DNA of 64,000 nucleotides from a virus. Lineage: Duplodnaviria; Caudoviricetes. The stretch is taken from IMG/VR virus record IMGVR_UViG_3300038524_000024, positions 32,001 through 96,000 of that record; one strand, given 5' to 3'. Both the position numbers and the translations under genes were made by a program. Shown here piece after piece: positions 37,976 to 47,463 of the stretch; the stretch's first letter is position 1, and each line of letters begins with the position of its first letter. Below the pieces are notes generated by a model. The model was not told the origin of the DNA and ran no database searches. It worked only from the letters and a program-made list of their open reading frames with translations.

Positions 37976-38980
37976 TTAGTTATTTTCAATGTTGACGCCA
38001 AAAACCTCATTCATAACTGAAAGTTTATCGTCTTTTAAATATCCTTCTGTAGTATCAACCTTTTCGTGGTTAGCTATACTTTTCAAAATCGTCAAATCTA
38101 ATTTACCAAGATTTTTTCTAACACAAATGTAATGCGTACCGTCAGCCATATTCTGCAATGCAGAATGACGCATAGAGTGAACATTAAATTTTGTTTCTTT
38201 TCCCTCTACTTCAGTAAAAACATTCCTGATTTCCATAAACATTCTATATATCTTATTGGCATTGGCTTGTTGTTTCTTTCCATAAGCATGATAAACCCAT
38301 AAGCTATCAAACTCATCGTGTCCTCTTTGTTCAAGCCAAAGCCTAGCACATTTCTTTGTTTCTTCAAAATAAATCAAATTGAAAACTTTTCTTCGTTTTC
38401 CAATGACCTTATTGGTATAACTTATAGCATCATCATAAAAACCATGTTTTAACACCTGTGCAATTTCATTTTTACGAGCGGCAGAATCATATGCAAGCAT
38501 AAGCAATGTTGCTAATTGATATTCTTCACGTCTGATAAGTTCTTCTTCAAGCCGCAATACTTGCACATCAGACAAGAAAAATATTTCTCTTACTGGCTCT
38601 CTTTGTAGCCCTTTTATTTTTCTAGCTATATCGTTGGAATAATGCAATTCTTCGTCTTCTTCACAATAATTATATAATGATTGCATAGAAGACCATAACC
38701 TATTATGCCTAGCTACAGAAACCCCACATTCTTCGGTTAGCCAAATAGAGTAAGTTTTTAATTCTCTTCTAGATAATTGCAATATGCTCTTATTATTACA
38801 ATTTCTATATACATATATAAGAAATATGCGCATATCGTTATAATATTGTTTTATAGTTCCAACAGCACGTCTTCGCTGTCTAAGTTCAAGTATAAAATCA
38901 TCTAATACAATTTTATTCTCTAGTAAGACAGCATCCCAATCTTCTTGGTTGTAAACACTGTTATAAACTCCCTTAGTCAT
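37976..38980 (-). CDS. Tyrosine recombinase (YomM-like position)
   Basis: Catalytic R (SAARKNE), HSMRH, ANHE, TTEGY. Confidence 0.88.
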   Translation of the reverse strand: MTKGVYNSVYNQEDWDAVLLENKIVLDDFILELRQRRRAVGTIKQYYNDMRIFLIYVYRNCNNKSILQLSRRELKTYSIWLTEECGVSVARHNRLWSSMQSLYNYCEEDEELHYSNDIARKIKGLQREPVREIFFLSDVQVLRLEEELIRREEYQLATLLMLAYDSAARKNEIAQVLKHGFYDDAISYTNKVIGKRRKVFNLIYFEETKKCARLWLEQRGHDEFDSLWVYHAYGKKQQANANKIYRMFMEIRNVFTEVEGKETKFNVHSMRHSALQNMADGTHYICVRKNLGKLDLTILKSIANHEKVDTTEGYLKDDKLSVMNEVFGVNIENN

Positions 38981-38991
38981 ACTTCCTCCGT

Positions 38992-39450
38992 TCAATCAAT
39001 ACGTACAAGTATTTCAGTTCTTGGACGGTCTTTGTCGTAATCTATTTTTAATGTTAAGCTATGTATGTGCTTATAATCATCGTCTACAATGAATCCTGCT
39101 TCTACCAAACCATCAATTAAAAACTTTGGTGACATATTATCAACGTCTGCACGGATTTTGGTTTTGAGATATGAAGTACATTCCATTTTACAACCCTGAA
39201 TTTTTAATCCAGATAATCCTTCGTTCTCTACAAACCATACGATAAATTCTTTCCACTTACCTTTTAGCGCATTCATTTCTGGTCTGCGCATCACAAACCA
39301 AGCATTTATAGAAGGATGTGTTGGTCTATCAATAGGTGGTACCTTTCTTTTTGGATACCTAGAAAAGTAAAAATTATTATAATCATTTAATGTGTTTTCA
39401 TCTATTACTAGCTTAATGGTATCCCCCGACTTATATTGTTGATTAGTCAT
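38992..39450 (-). CDS. RusA-like Holliday junction resolvase
   Basis: PSIN..., RADVDNMSPKFLIDGL...IVDDD, PRTEI. Confidence 0.8.
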   Translation of the reverse strand: MTNQQYKSGDTIKLVIDENTLNDYNNFYFSRYPKRKVPPIDRPTHPSINAWFVMRRPEMNALKGKWKEFIVWFVENEGLSGLKIQGCKMECTSYLKTKIRADVDNMSPKFLIDGLVEAGFIVDDDYKHIHSLTLKIDYDKDRPRTEILVRID

Positions 39451-40168
39451 TTTGAGCCTCTCGTTTGAGCGCCCAACGCTTTTTAGCCGCTATACTCATT
39501 TTTTCGCGTGTTTTATCAGACGCAATACGCCCACGCATTTTTGCGAGGACTTCTTCTGTATACTTATGTCCAAGAGCGTTAGTATTGCCTTTGCTTGCCT
39601 CAGACAGTCTTGCACGAACTTTTTCTGATACAATGTGCCCAAGAGCATTTGTATTACCTTTACCAGATTCACTAATTTTTTGTTTGGATTCTTCGGTGTG
39701 ATATTTCCCTATATTTACTTCTCTGATTTTTTGTTTGGATTCTTCGGTGTGATGCTTCCCCATATTGGCTTTTCCGATTTTTTGTTTTGATTCTTCGGTA
39801 TGGTGCTTACCAAAATTGTGATGGTTCTTACCAGACATCTTTGCAAGAGATTCGGCGGTATGATGTCTTCCCTGCATTGGAGCGAGTGCGTCTTCTGAAC
39901 TGTTATATGCGGGACGTAACAACTTTATAAGCCCATCTTCAAGGTACAATTTGTGAGCAACATCACATAACAGTAATATGCTAAACTCAAATGCTTGTTC
40001 ACCGTACTTATTCCAAGCATTTTGAAAATGTGTGTTTCCACGTAGGTTTTTACGTAATTCATAGCGATGACTATTCCATCGCCCACGTATATCACATGAG
40101 CTTCCAAGATAATAATCTCCAGTTATAGTATTCAAAATCTTATAAACTCCACAAATTTTTGCAATCAT
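39443..40168 (-). CDS. GIY-YIG homing endonuclease with NUMOD3 repeats
   Basis: GVYKI..YLGSS; three 51 bp repeats encoding (H/Y)HTEESKQKI; ATG 40168 after AGGAGG. Confidence 0.92.
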   Translation of the reverse strand: MIAKICGVYKILNTITGDYYLGSSCDIRGRWNSHRYELRKNLRGNTHFQNAWNKYGEQAFEFSILLLCDVAHKLYLEDGLIKLLRPAYNSSEDALAPMQGRHHTAESLAKMSGKNHHNFGKHHTEESKQKIGKANMGKHHTEESKQKIREVNIGKYHTEESKQKISESGKGNTNALGHIVSEKVRARLSEASKGNTNALGHKYTEEVLAKMRGRIASDKTREKMSIAAKKRWALKREAQND

Positions 40169-40260
40169 TTTTGCCTCCTGTGGCAACTCCCGAATTAATG
40201 AAGAACGGAAAGGACATTTCAGGAAGTATGTCTTTTCGGGAGCTACCCTATTCCGTTCTT
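40169..40260 (-). ncRNA. Putative structured 5' leader (three-way junction plus pseudoknot), copy 2
   Basis: AAGAACGGAA-UA-GGG..CCC-GAAAA-GACAU(ACUUCCUGAA)AUGUC-CU-UUCCGUUCUU; loop complementary to UUCGGGAG and to the SD CAGGAGG. Confidence 0.65.
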
Positions 40261-40287
40261 TCAATACAATTTAAAACAGTTCAATAT

Positions 40288-42120
40288 TTATATTTTAGTG
40301 ACGAAGTTTTTATTAATCCATCTATTCGTGACGGGACTAACTCTAAGCCAATCACCGCGCTCTTGATAAACAGTTATGTCTGCACCATAATAATAGTAAT
40401 CAATTTCTCTAAAGTTAATTCCAGCACCAACACGAACTCTCAATCCATGCGCACTGACTTTTCCATCCCATAATTTAATTAATGGCTTATCTTTTTCCCA
40501 ATCCCAACTTCTAAACAATGGAAGAGGGTCTATAGCATTATATTTTTTACTACCGGCAATTGGGGGCTGTGGAGAATCCGCTCTTAGTTCTATGTGCAAA
40601 TGTGCCCCTGTCGAAAAACCGCGATATGGGTCGCTCAATTCTCCGTTGCTAAGCCCCACAATTTGTCGGGACTTCACCACGTCACCTACTTTTACTCTAA
40701 ATTCTTTGAGATGTCCATAAATACTCACCCCCGCCTTATGTTGATTGTCATCAAAGTGTTGGAGAAATACGCTTCTTCCATACCCGTCGGAATTGTAGTC
40801 AGCCCTAATAACTGTTCCGCTTCTAACTGCGAAAATTTCATTATAGGGTGCTATTCCATAATCAATACCATTATGCCCACCACTTGATGGATACCACGAT
40901 GGATTTTTACCAAAAAGTTGAGTAATAGGAAATCCTAACTGTTCATTAAAAGGAAAATATAAGTAATCTAGTTCGCCTATTTCTTCTGGTACGCCATCGG
41001 AATAAGGAACAGTTAGTTGTTTATAAATCCACTTGTTCTCACTAGCAGAAATTTTTAACCATTTTGATGTAATTACATAAGCATCAACTATACTGCCCTC
41101 TGGAAGAGTACCAACAATAGAATATTCTGTACCGGCACCTCCTCGAATATTGATATATTCATTAGAAGTAACTTTAAATTTACCAAGCGAATTTGGTTCT
41201 GGTACTATAATGTCAGGTATTTTACTGAGCCAAGTACCATTGCACCACTCACTGCTTATAGGGGAAATTTTTCTCCAAACATCATTTTCTTCGTATATAT
41301 CAACAACTCTTTTATAAGGAAGTGCTGTTATTTTTGTAGCTATTGGATTAGGGGCGTTGCGAACAAATAGCCCATCAGTTGCGGTAACTTCAGCTTTATA
41401 CAAAGCTTCTATTGGTTCTGGCTCTGGTTCTGGAGATGAAACCTTATTGCAAAACACAAGCAAATCATCGTAACTACCATTGAACCAATTCATATCTAAC
41501 CCACTATACTGACTTCCCCAACTTATACTATTGTCCCCAGAATCACTGTAACTTGGATAAGATGCATTTGAAGCATATTGCCAAATTTTATAATTAGACC
41601 AAGGATTTGGTAATAGTGGCTCGGATACATGAGAATACATAGCGACCCAAAGTGGATATCTACTCATCCAAGCTAATAATCTTTGGTCATATCTATCGGT
41701 ATACCACTTTGCAGTATAAATCATTGGAATTCTGCCGGTTGCTTTTTCTACAACATCTAACCATTGTCTCGTATCGTCAACATGCTTTTGTGGATTTTTT
41801 AATCCCTCTAGCTCTTCAAAGTCTAAAATTGGCGGAAAGTCAAGTAGATATCTATTATATATGTTATTTAAATAATAATCCGCTTGATATTTTCCATCTC
41901 TAGTTGCATCCATCCAGCAATAACTACCAGTTAATAGTCCTTGCATTTTTGCATTGTCATAATTATTTTTGGCTTGTGCATCTACAAAACCAACTCCCGT
42001 TACAGAACCAACATCGGTGCCTTTAAAAATAACCCATCGAACACCTTTTGACTTTGCTTTGGAGTAATCAAAAAATCCCTGATGTGATGAGACATCAATA
42101 CCAAGTACGCGCCCAGTCAT
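40288..42120 (-). CDS. Endolysin: GH25 muramidase, two SH3b, M23 peptidase, SH3b
   Basis: GIDVSSHQ, LDFE, PMIYT, IWQY, LDMNWF; L.VR..P and NIR.G.GT SH3b; HNGIDY, YGHL, STGAHLH. Confidence 0.9.
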   Translation of the reverse strand: MTGRVLGIDVSSHQGFFDYSKAKSKGVRWVIFKGTDVGSVTGVGFVDAQAKNNYDNAKMQGLLTGSYCWMDATRDGKYQADYYLNNIYNRYLLDFPPILDFEELEGLKNPQKHVDDTRQWLDVVEKATGRIPMIYTAKWYTDRYDQRLLAWMSRYPLWVAMYSHVSEPLLPNPWSNYKIWQYASNASYPSYSDSGDNSISWGSQYSGLDMNWFNGSYDDLLVFCNKVSSPEPEPEPIEALYKAEVTATDGLFVRNAPNPIATKITALPYKRVVDIYEENDVWRKISPISSEWCNGTWLSKIPDIIVPEPNSLGKFKVTSNEYINIRGGAGTEYSIVGTLPEGSIVDAYVITSKWLKISASENKWIYKQLTVPYSDGVPEEIGELDYLYFPFNEQLGFPITQLFGKNPSWYPSSGGHNGIDYGIAPYNEIFAVRSGTVIRADYNSDGYGRSVFLQHFDDNQHKAGVSIYGHLKEFRVKVGDVVKSRQIVGLSNGELSDPYRGFSTGAHLHIELRADSPQPPIAGSKKYNAIDPLPLFRSWDWEKDKPLIKLWDGKVSAHGLRVRVGAGINFREIDYYYYGADITVYQERGDWLRVSPVTNRWINKNFVTKI

Positions 42121-42149
42121 TTATTATTTCTCCTTATATGTTATTATAG

Positions 42150-42186
42150 AAAAAAGAAGGTATTGACTTATAATACCTTCTTTTTT
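42150..42186 (-). terminator. Intrinsic terminator
   Basis: AAAAAAGAAGGTATT/AATACCTTCTTTTTT inverted repeat. Confidence 0.75.
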
Positions 42187-42203
42187 GCTATTTTATATTA
42201 TTT

Positions 42204-43463
42204 CTAAACACTAACGAGAATATTTACCGTTGCAATTTCAGAATCTACAAATCCATCATTAACTTTAAAAGTAAACATATCATCACCGATGTACTCCGCT
42301 TCTGAAGTATAAATTACGTTTGGCGCAGTACCAGTAAGTTCACCGTGTGTCGGTTGAGTAACGATTATATATGTTAGTGGGTCATTTTCAGTGTCGAGTC
42401 CAACTAAAGTTATTTCTTCAGCTACACCCTGTGTTGCGTTAACACTGGGCTGACCGGTCGCTGTTGGTTGTGTATTAACATTAATGCTAACAATAGCACC
42501 GGCTACAGCATCTTCAGAATCTGTTACGGTATATTCGAAACTATCTGTTCCATGATAATCTACATCTGGAGTATATGTAAGATTTGGTTGGGTTCCAGTT
42601 AGTTCGCCATGCAGTGGGTCAACAGTCATGGCATATACTAAAACGCCCATATCTTCATCGCCGTAGTCAAGTATAAATTCCGCATAGCCATTGGGAACGA
42701 CATCAATAATTTGGTTATTCGCAAATGGCAAATCATTTATAGATTCTATTGTTATACCAACTGTTGAAACATTAGAATCTGCAATTCCATCATTTGCCTT
42801 GAACGTGAAGCTATCTATACCAAAATAATTAGCATCTGGTGTATATACTAGGTTAGGAATATCACCAGTCAAACCGCCATGCAAGGGGGCATCGACAATA
42901 GAATATGTAAGGTCATCATTATCGTTATCGGTTGCGACAAGGGTAATGTTGACCGGAGTATCTTCATCTGTAGTTATATCTTGGCTTTGTGCAACTGGTA
43001 TGTCATTAATAGGATTAATTGTAATACTAATAGTGGCGGGCACAGAGTTACTCATTCCATCGTTAACAATAAATGTGAACTCGTCCGTTCCATTAAAATT
43101 CTCGTCTGGTACATAGGTAACTGCTGGGAGTACTCCTGTCAAAGTACCATGCTCTGGTTGTTGTGTAATTATATATTCTAGTCCTATGGCATCCGCCTTA
43201 ATACCGCTAAGGGTAATTGCTTTTTGTACATCTTCATCTGTTGAAACTTCTTGACTGGCAGCCGAAGGCAGGGCGGTATAGTTTGCCGGAAGTTTGAAAT
43301 CAACAAGTTGTAAATTACCTGAAACTATTTTCCAAGTAAGTGTATCTGTTAAATAGACTGTGCCGCCTATAATTCCAGCACCTTTAATCTTCCCACCTAC
43401 TATATCAGTGCTTTCAGCAATATAGGTGGGAAATGCTGTGGGCGAAATCGAATAAATTCCCAT
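42204..43463 (-). CDS. Protein with four tandem cadherin-like/Big_9 Ig domains
   Basis: Four ~90 aa repeats P.A..Q..TDED..ITL...D...L.Y.I...P.HG.LTG..P...YTP......G.D.FTF..NDG. Confidence 0.85.
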   Translation of the reverse strand: MGIYSISPTAFPTYIAESTDIVGGKIKGAGIIGGTVYLTDTLTWKIVSGNLQLVDFKLPANYTALPSAASQEVSTDEDVQKAITLSGIKADAIGLEYIITQQPEHGTLTGVLPAVTYVPDENFNGTDEFTFIVNDGMSNSVPATISITINPINDIPVAQSQDITTDEDTPVNITLVATDNDNDDLTYSIVDAPLHGGLTGDIPNLVYTPDANYFGIDSFTFKANDGIADSNVSTVGITIESINDLPFANNQIIDVVPNGYAEFILDYGDEDMGVLVYAMTVDPLHGELTGTQPNLTYTPDVDYHGTDSFEYTVTDSEDAVAGAIVSINVNTQPTATGQPSVNATQGVAEEITLVGLDTENDPLTYIIVTQPTHGELTGTAPNVIYTSEAEYIGDDMFTFKVNDGFVDSEIATVNILVSV

Positions 43464-43518
43464 AAAACTCCTTTATTATATCTTTATAAGTCGCCCCAAA
43501 AGGAGCTTTTTGCTAATC

Positions 43519-43553
43519 TAAAAAAAAGAACACTAGCGCTTGCTAGTGTTCTT
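43519..43553 (-). terminator. Intrinsic terminator
   Basis: AAGAACACTAGC-loop-GCTAGTGTTCTT followed by a U tract on the - strand. Confidence 0.8.
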
Positions 43554-43565
43554 CAATACTATAAG

Positions 43566-43949
43566 TTATCCTTTTATTCCAGATGTATCTTCAGATACTT
43601 CGACGCTTAAACTCTTTTCGTCTGTCGACTTAGAATCAACAACGTCAGCAGTACCCTTGCCAGCACGATGGAAACCCGTACCAATATAAACATTAATAAA
43701 TGCAATTGCAATAATGCTAAAATATGGCGTAAGAAGTGCCAAAGTTGCTTCTGGGACGTAATTCATAATTACATACATAATGATAGTAAAAGCAGAAACA
43801 ATACCAAAATAAATATTTTTCTTAGCTTCACTATTTTGTCCGGTATACCATGCCATTTTTTCCAATATGAAAGAAACAGCGATGGCACCACCGCCACCGT
43901 ATACAATCCACGTTAAAAAGTCAACTAAATTTGTAGGTAAATCAATCAT
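43566..43949 (-). CDS. Putative holin
   Basis: Three TM segments, charged C-terminal tail, near the lysin; ATG 43949 after AGGAG. Confidence 0.65.
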   Translation of the reverse strand: MIDLPTNLVDFLTWIVYGGGGAIAVSFILEKMAWYTGQNSEAKKNIYFGIVSAFTIIMYVIMNYVPEATLALLTPYFSIIAIAFINVYIGTGFHRAGKGTADVVDSKSTDEKSLSVEVSEDTSGIKG

Positions 43950-43956
43950 TTTTCTC

Positions 43957-44529
43957 CTAATCAAACATTCCGAATGGAAATATCGGAACACCTATTTTGT
44001 TATATGCGTTATATGTCATATCATCAATTTGTTCTGACAAATCTTTTAAAGATGGTGTGAAATAATCTCTTGGATTTTTCCACCATTCTATATCTTCTCC
44101 AAAAGCATCAAACGCAGCCTGTGCGTTTTTTGAAGAATAATCCCAATATTTACCTTCAGCAATTGCAACATCCATGATGCTACGTCTATCCTGCTCACCG
44201 TCTGGGCTACCATGCATAGCAAAAGTATATTCTCCACTGGAGCTTTCTTGGTTTGGATTATATTCCATAAGTTCTGGATTGCTAAAAATCCTATAGGCGA
44301 CAGCATTTTTATTCCCTCTGGGAATTTCAAACACAATGTCCCAACTAGCAACAAACCCGCCGTTTTCCCCTTGTCGTTCATACATTTCAGGCTTGAACGG
44401 ATTATAAACCTCAGCCCAAACATTTTCAACTACAATTTCTTTTGCTAGAATGGAAATATCAAGAATTACACCATCTAAATCTTTAAGCATGTCCTTTTGT
44501 AAAGCAAGCGGAGTATAATAAAATGCCAT
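43957..44529 (-). CDS. Putative neck/tail completion protein
   Basis: VY..F.P..YER and PRDYF motifs; located in the morphogenesis operon. Confidence 0.5.
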   Translation of the reverse strand: MAFYYTPLALQKDMLKDLDGVILDISILAKEIVVENVWAEVYNPFKPEMYERQGENGGFVASWDIVFEIPRGNKNAVAYRIFSNPELMEYNPNQESSSGEYTFAMHGSPDGEQDRRSIMDVAIAEGKYWDYSSKNAQAAFDAFGEDIEWWKNPRDYFTPSLKDLSEQIDDMTYNAYNKIGVPIFPFGMFD

Positions 44530-44530
44530 A

Positions 44531-44725
44531 TTACTCCATTTCTTTTAGTTTCACCAACTTCTTATGCTTTTTGAGTTTATGTGGTTCTATATATCCACAT
44601 GCTGGACATAGTAAAACTTTATGTTCGAAAACAACATCTTCAATGTAATCCTGCTCAATGCTCCAATATAAGTATTTGTTGCATTCTGGGCAAGGTTTTC
44701 CACTGCGCTGTAATTTGTTCGACAT
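44531..44725 (-). CDS. Zinc-ribbon protein
   Basis: CPEC ... CPACGY. Confidence 0.65.
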   Translation of the reverse strand: MSNKLQRSGKPCPECNKYLYWSIEQDYIEDVVFEHKVLLCPACGYIEPHKLKKHKKLVKLKEME

Positions 44726-44726
44726 T

Positions 44727-45368
44727 TTACTCAGACTTCTTTCTGCGAACAGATACCTTTTTTGTAATATTTTCCGTACTGCCTATCAAATTTTCAACCA
44801 CGGGTATCATATCATTAGATGGCTCTATAATTTGATATTTATCATTAAATTCTTTTTGCGTACTTAAGACTGTTTGCATCAATTTAGCTATAGAATCCTT
44901 ATCAAGGTCTATTCCAGAAATTTTGTTTAGCAGTTCTTCAACTTTGTCAATAATGCTTTCTAGTTTGAAACCAAGATTTGACTTACTATATAAGTCTTTA
45001 AAAACTAATTCAACTGAAGAGTTCAATATCTTTTCAAAGCTTCTATAGTTGGTAATCTTTTCTAATATCTTGTCATAAGTGCCATTAGCAACAATGTCGT
45101 CTAATGGGAAACTATAATCATCAATATCTTCTATTTCCAAGTTGGTCATAAAATTTATAATAGATAAATATAATTTTATGTTTGCTCTAAGAACCCTCAT
45201 TTCAATTGGGTTAGTAATGTCGGTTAATTCTTCACAATATTGTTGAATCAAAATACCTTGAATTGGCAAAGATATGTGTGTCAATACTTCAACAGACTTA
45301 TTGCCAATTTTAATTGTATCTGTTATCTCAGATTCTTTATCACTGAAAGAAATTCTAATTTTTTCCAT
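44727..45368 (-). CDS. Hypothetical protein, possible tail assembly chaperone
   Basis: 213 aa, downstream of the major tail gene. Confidence 0.55.
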   Translation of the reverse strand: MEKIRISFSDKESEITDTIKIGNKSVEVLTHISLPIQGILIQQYCEELTDITNPIEMRVLRANIKLYLSIINFMTNLEIEDIDDYSFPLDDIVANGTYDKILEKITNYRSFEKILNSSVELVFKDLYSKSNLGFKLESIIDKVEELLNKISGIDLDKDSIAKLMQTVLSTQKEFNDKYQIIEPSNDMIPVVENLIGSTENITKKVSVRRKKSE

Positions 45369-45386
45369 CTTTTCCTTTAATATTTA

Positions 45387-45414
45387 AGAGGGGTGGCTTC
45401 ACAGCCACCCCTCT
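45387..45414 (-). terminator. GC-rich hairpin downstream of the major tail gene
   Basis: AGAGGGGTGGCT-TCAC-AGCCACCCCTCT 12 bp perfect stem; weak U tract. Confidence 0.6.
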
Positions 45415-45418
45415 AAGT

Positions 45419-45592
45419 TTATTGTGGAATAAAATCATGACAATCAATTTTGTCAATCATTTTATAGTCCATTATTTTTGCGCATATCTTTACAAAAGGA
45501 CATTGTTTGCCCTTATAAATGTTATTATACTGGCAAACAAATAATACATTACCATTTGTGGTTTTTATCTGTTTACCATTTGCACAAATCAT
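45419..45592 (-). CDS. Small Cys-rich protein (not in the ORF track)
   Basis: TAATG-coupled to the tail gene; MICANGKQIKTTNGNVLFVCQYNNIYKGKQCPFVKICAKIMDYKMIDKIDCHDFIPQ. Confidence 0.55.
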   Translation of the reverse strand: MICANGKQIKTTNGNVLFVCQYNNIYKGKQCPFVKICAKIMDYKMIDKIDCHDFIPQ

Positions 45593-46623
45593 TAGGCAAC
45601 AACATTAAAAATACAACGGTCTGTTGTACCACTGTCAGTATGTGTAACAACAATAATTGCACTATCGCCTGCCGTAGCAGTATTAGCACATGTTACTAAT
45701 CCGCCAGCACTAATAGTAATATCGGCATCGCCACCGGCTTCCTTAGCAAAGGTACACCCACTGGTGATGTTAATATTGGCGCGAATACCATCTCCTGGAA
45801 TACCAAGAACTTCGATTTGCTTAGATTGTGGCAGACCTTGTGCAACTGAGAAATCCCAATCTGATGGAGTCGCAGCAATTAAACTAAATGAACTTGATGC
45901 AACACCACTAACTGGTAGCCAAGCAATACGAGCATATACCCCACTCATACCGCAACCACCTTCACTAGATAGCATGGCACTACCTTCAATCGCTTCATTT
46001 GCAACACCATTGGCGTTGAAAGTCATAGTGTAATTACCAGATAACTGGAACTTAGGAACATAAATCTGCATAAGCTCAACTACGACATTTGTATCATCTC
46101 GAACCTCGGTTGTATAAAACAACTCAACCATTGAAGGCGGAGTGTTGGAACCAATAAGAACAGACTCAGCAGTACCTGATGTCATATAAGTTGCATGAAC
46201 AGTAAGGTTTTCACCGTCAGGAACTAGAATATCACTTCCACTAGGAATAACAGATGTTTTGATATCTGTTGGCAATATTATGGTAACATTACCCGTAGGA
46301 ACTTTAGACAACGTAGCCCCACCTAAAGCACTAAGCTCCAAACATTCAGTATATAGATACTCAATACTACCAGTCTGAATCAAAGAACCGGCATTCAAAG
46401 CCAGAACTTCCTTATTAAATGATGCCTGTGTAATACTTACATCAAATGAGCGCTCTGAAACATACGAGAACAGAATGCTATTACCTACACCACCGCGAAC
46501 ATCGGTTTTGGTAGCAGTCAAAGTAAAAGACGTGTCAACTGCGGTTGTACCAATAGCGATAATTTCTTTGGTAGCAATGTTTCGGAGAATAACTTCTCCT
46601 ACGCTAACAATAAATTTTTTCAT
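45592..46623 (-). CDS. Major tail (tube) protein with C-terminal Ig-like domain
   Basis: DVRGG.GN, I.VPKFQLSG, position after neck genes, C-terminal TISAGGLVT Ig-like. Confidence 0.75.
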   Translation of the reverse strand: MKKFIVSVGEVILRNIATKEIIAIGTTAVDTSFTLTATKTDVRGGVGNSILFSYVSERSFDVSITQASFNKEVLALNAGSLIQTGSIEYLYTECLELSALGGATLSKVPTGNVTIILPTDIKTSVIPSGSDILVPDGENLTVHATYMTSGTAESVLIGSNTPPSMVELFYTTEVRDDTNVVVELMQIYVPKFQLSGNYTMTFNANGVANEAIEGSAMLSSEGGCGMSGVYARIAWLPVSGVASSSFSLIAATPSDWDFSVAQGLPQSKQIEVLGIPGDGIRANINITSGCTFAKEAGGDADITISAGGLVTCANTATAGDSAIIVVTHTDSGTTDRCIFNVVA

Positions 46624-46642
46624 ATAAACTCCTTATTGAATT

Positions 46643-47455
46643 TTATTTTGACTTACTTTGTTCGACCATTTGGTCATTCATCAATGCCGATTTTTTCATA
46701 AAAGTTTCCTTGTGGATAAGGATATCGTCATAGCGACCCACATTTTCGCTTACAGAAAAATAGCTTTTTATTTTTGAACCATCAGTAAATTTTATTTGAC
46801 CACTTGCTTCTAGGGGCTTGTATAAAATATATTCCTGAATTGCTGTCATTCTCATAAACTGATGTTTAAATTGAAACAAAGTATATTCTTCTATTTCTGA
46901 AAGCGTTTTATTCAACAAGGAACAAAACACAAACACTTGGTCTTTCAAAGTCATAGCACCGCTCGTTTTGTTTTTGAGCATTAATTTCTTTTCTAAATCT
47001 GGGTCATAATCTTCAACAAATCTCAGGGATAATCCATTTTGTACTAATACAATTTCTCTTATATTTTCAAAGTCGGTTTCTGTTATTTTTATTTCATCAA
47101 GCATAATATGCCATTTAACATTACGATAATCCACACCGCTATATCCAATGGTAATTTTCTCTTTATCAACTTTTGTAATATAAGAAAAGAACGCAATTAA
47201 TTTATCAAAAAATATTTCTGGTTTTTCTTTATTCGCAGTAATGCCCATATTGATGATAAACTTCAAATAACTCATGCGCAAAATTTCAACATCTTGAATG
47301 TATCTTTTTGGAACACAAAAAATTTCATAAAATAAATCTTTCATTTTTGTTTCTTGAATTTTAATTGGGTAAATGTTTATTCCTTTATATTGTTGGGGAT
47401 GCCCCCATATATCACTTTCTTCATTGTAAATAGACCTCAAATTTTCTGAAATCAA
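46643..47455 (-). CDS. Morphogenesis protein (tail assembly region)
   Basis: 270 aa; G.P..YKGI.IYP.K, MSYL.F, YTL.QF; position. Confidence 0.55.
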   Translation of the reverse strand: MISENLRSIYNEESDIWGHPQQYKGINIYPIKIQETKMKDLFYEIFCVPKRYIQDVEILRMSYLKFIINMGITANKEKPEIFFDKLIAFFSYITKVDKEKITIGYSGVDYRNVKWHIMLDEIKITETDFENIREIVLVQNGLSLRFVEDYDPDLEKKLMLKNKTSGAMTLKDQVFVFCSLLNKTLSEIEEYTLFQFKHQFMRMTAIQEYILYKPLEASGQIKFTDGSKIKSYFSVSENVGRYDDILIHKETFMKKSALMNDQMVEQSKSK

Positions 47456-47463
47456 GAATCCTC

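Noticed and set aside
39670-39812. 51 bp tandem repeats
   Set aside because: Explained by NUMOD3 protein repeats (HTEESKQKI)
23899-40260. The two structured leaders as hammerhead ribozymes or plain terminators
   Set aside because: The junction lacks the CUGANGA core, and the conserved inner hairpins and anti-SD loop are not explained by a terminator
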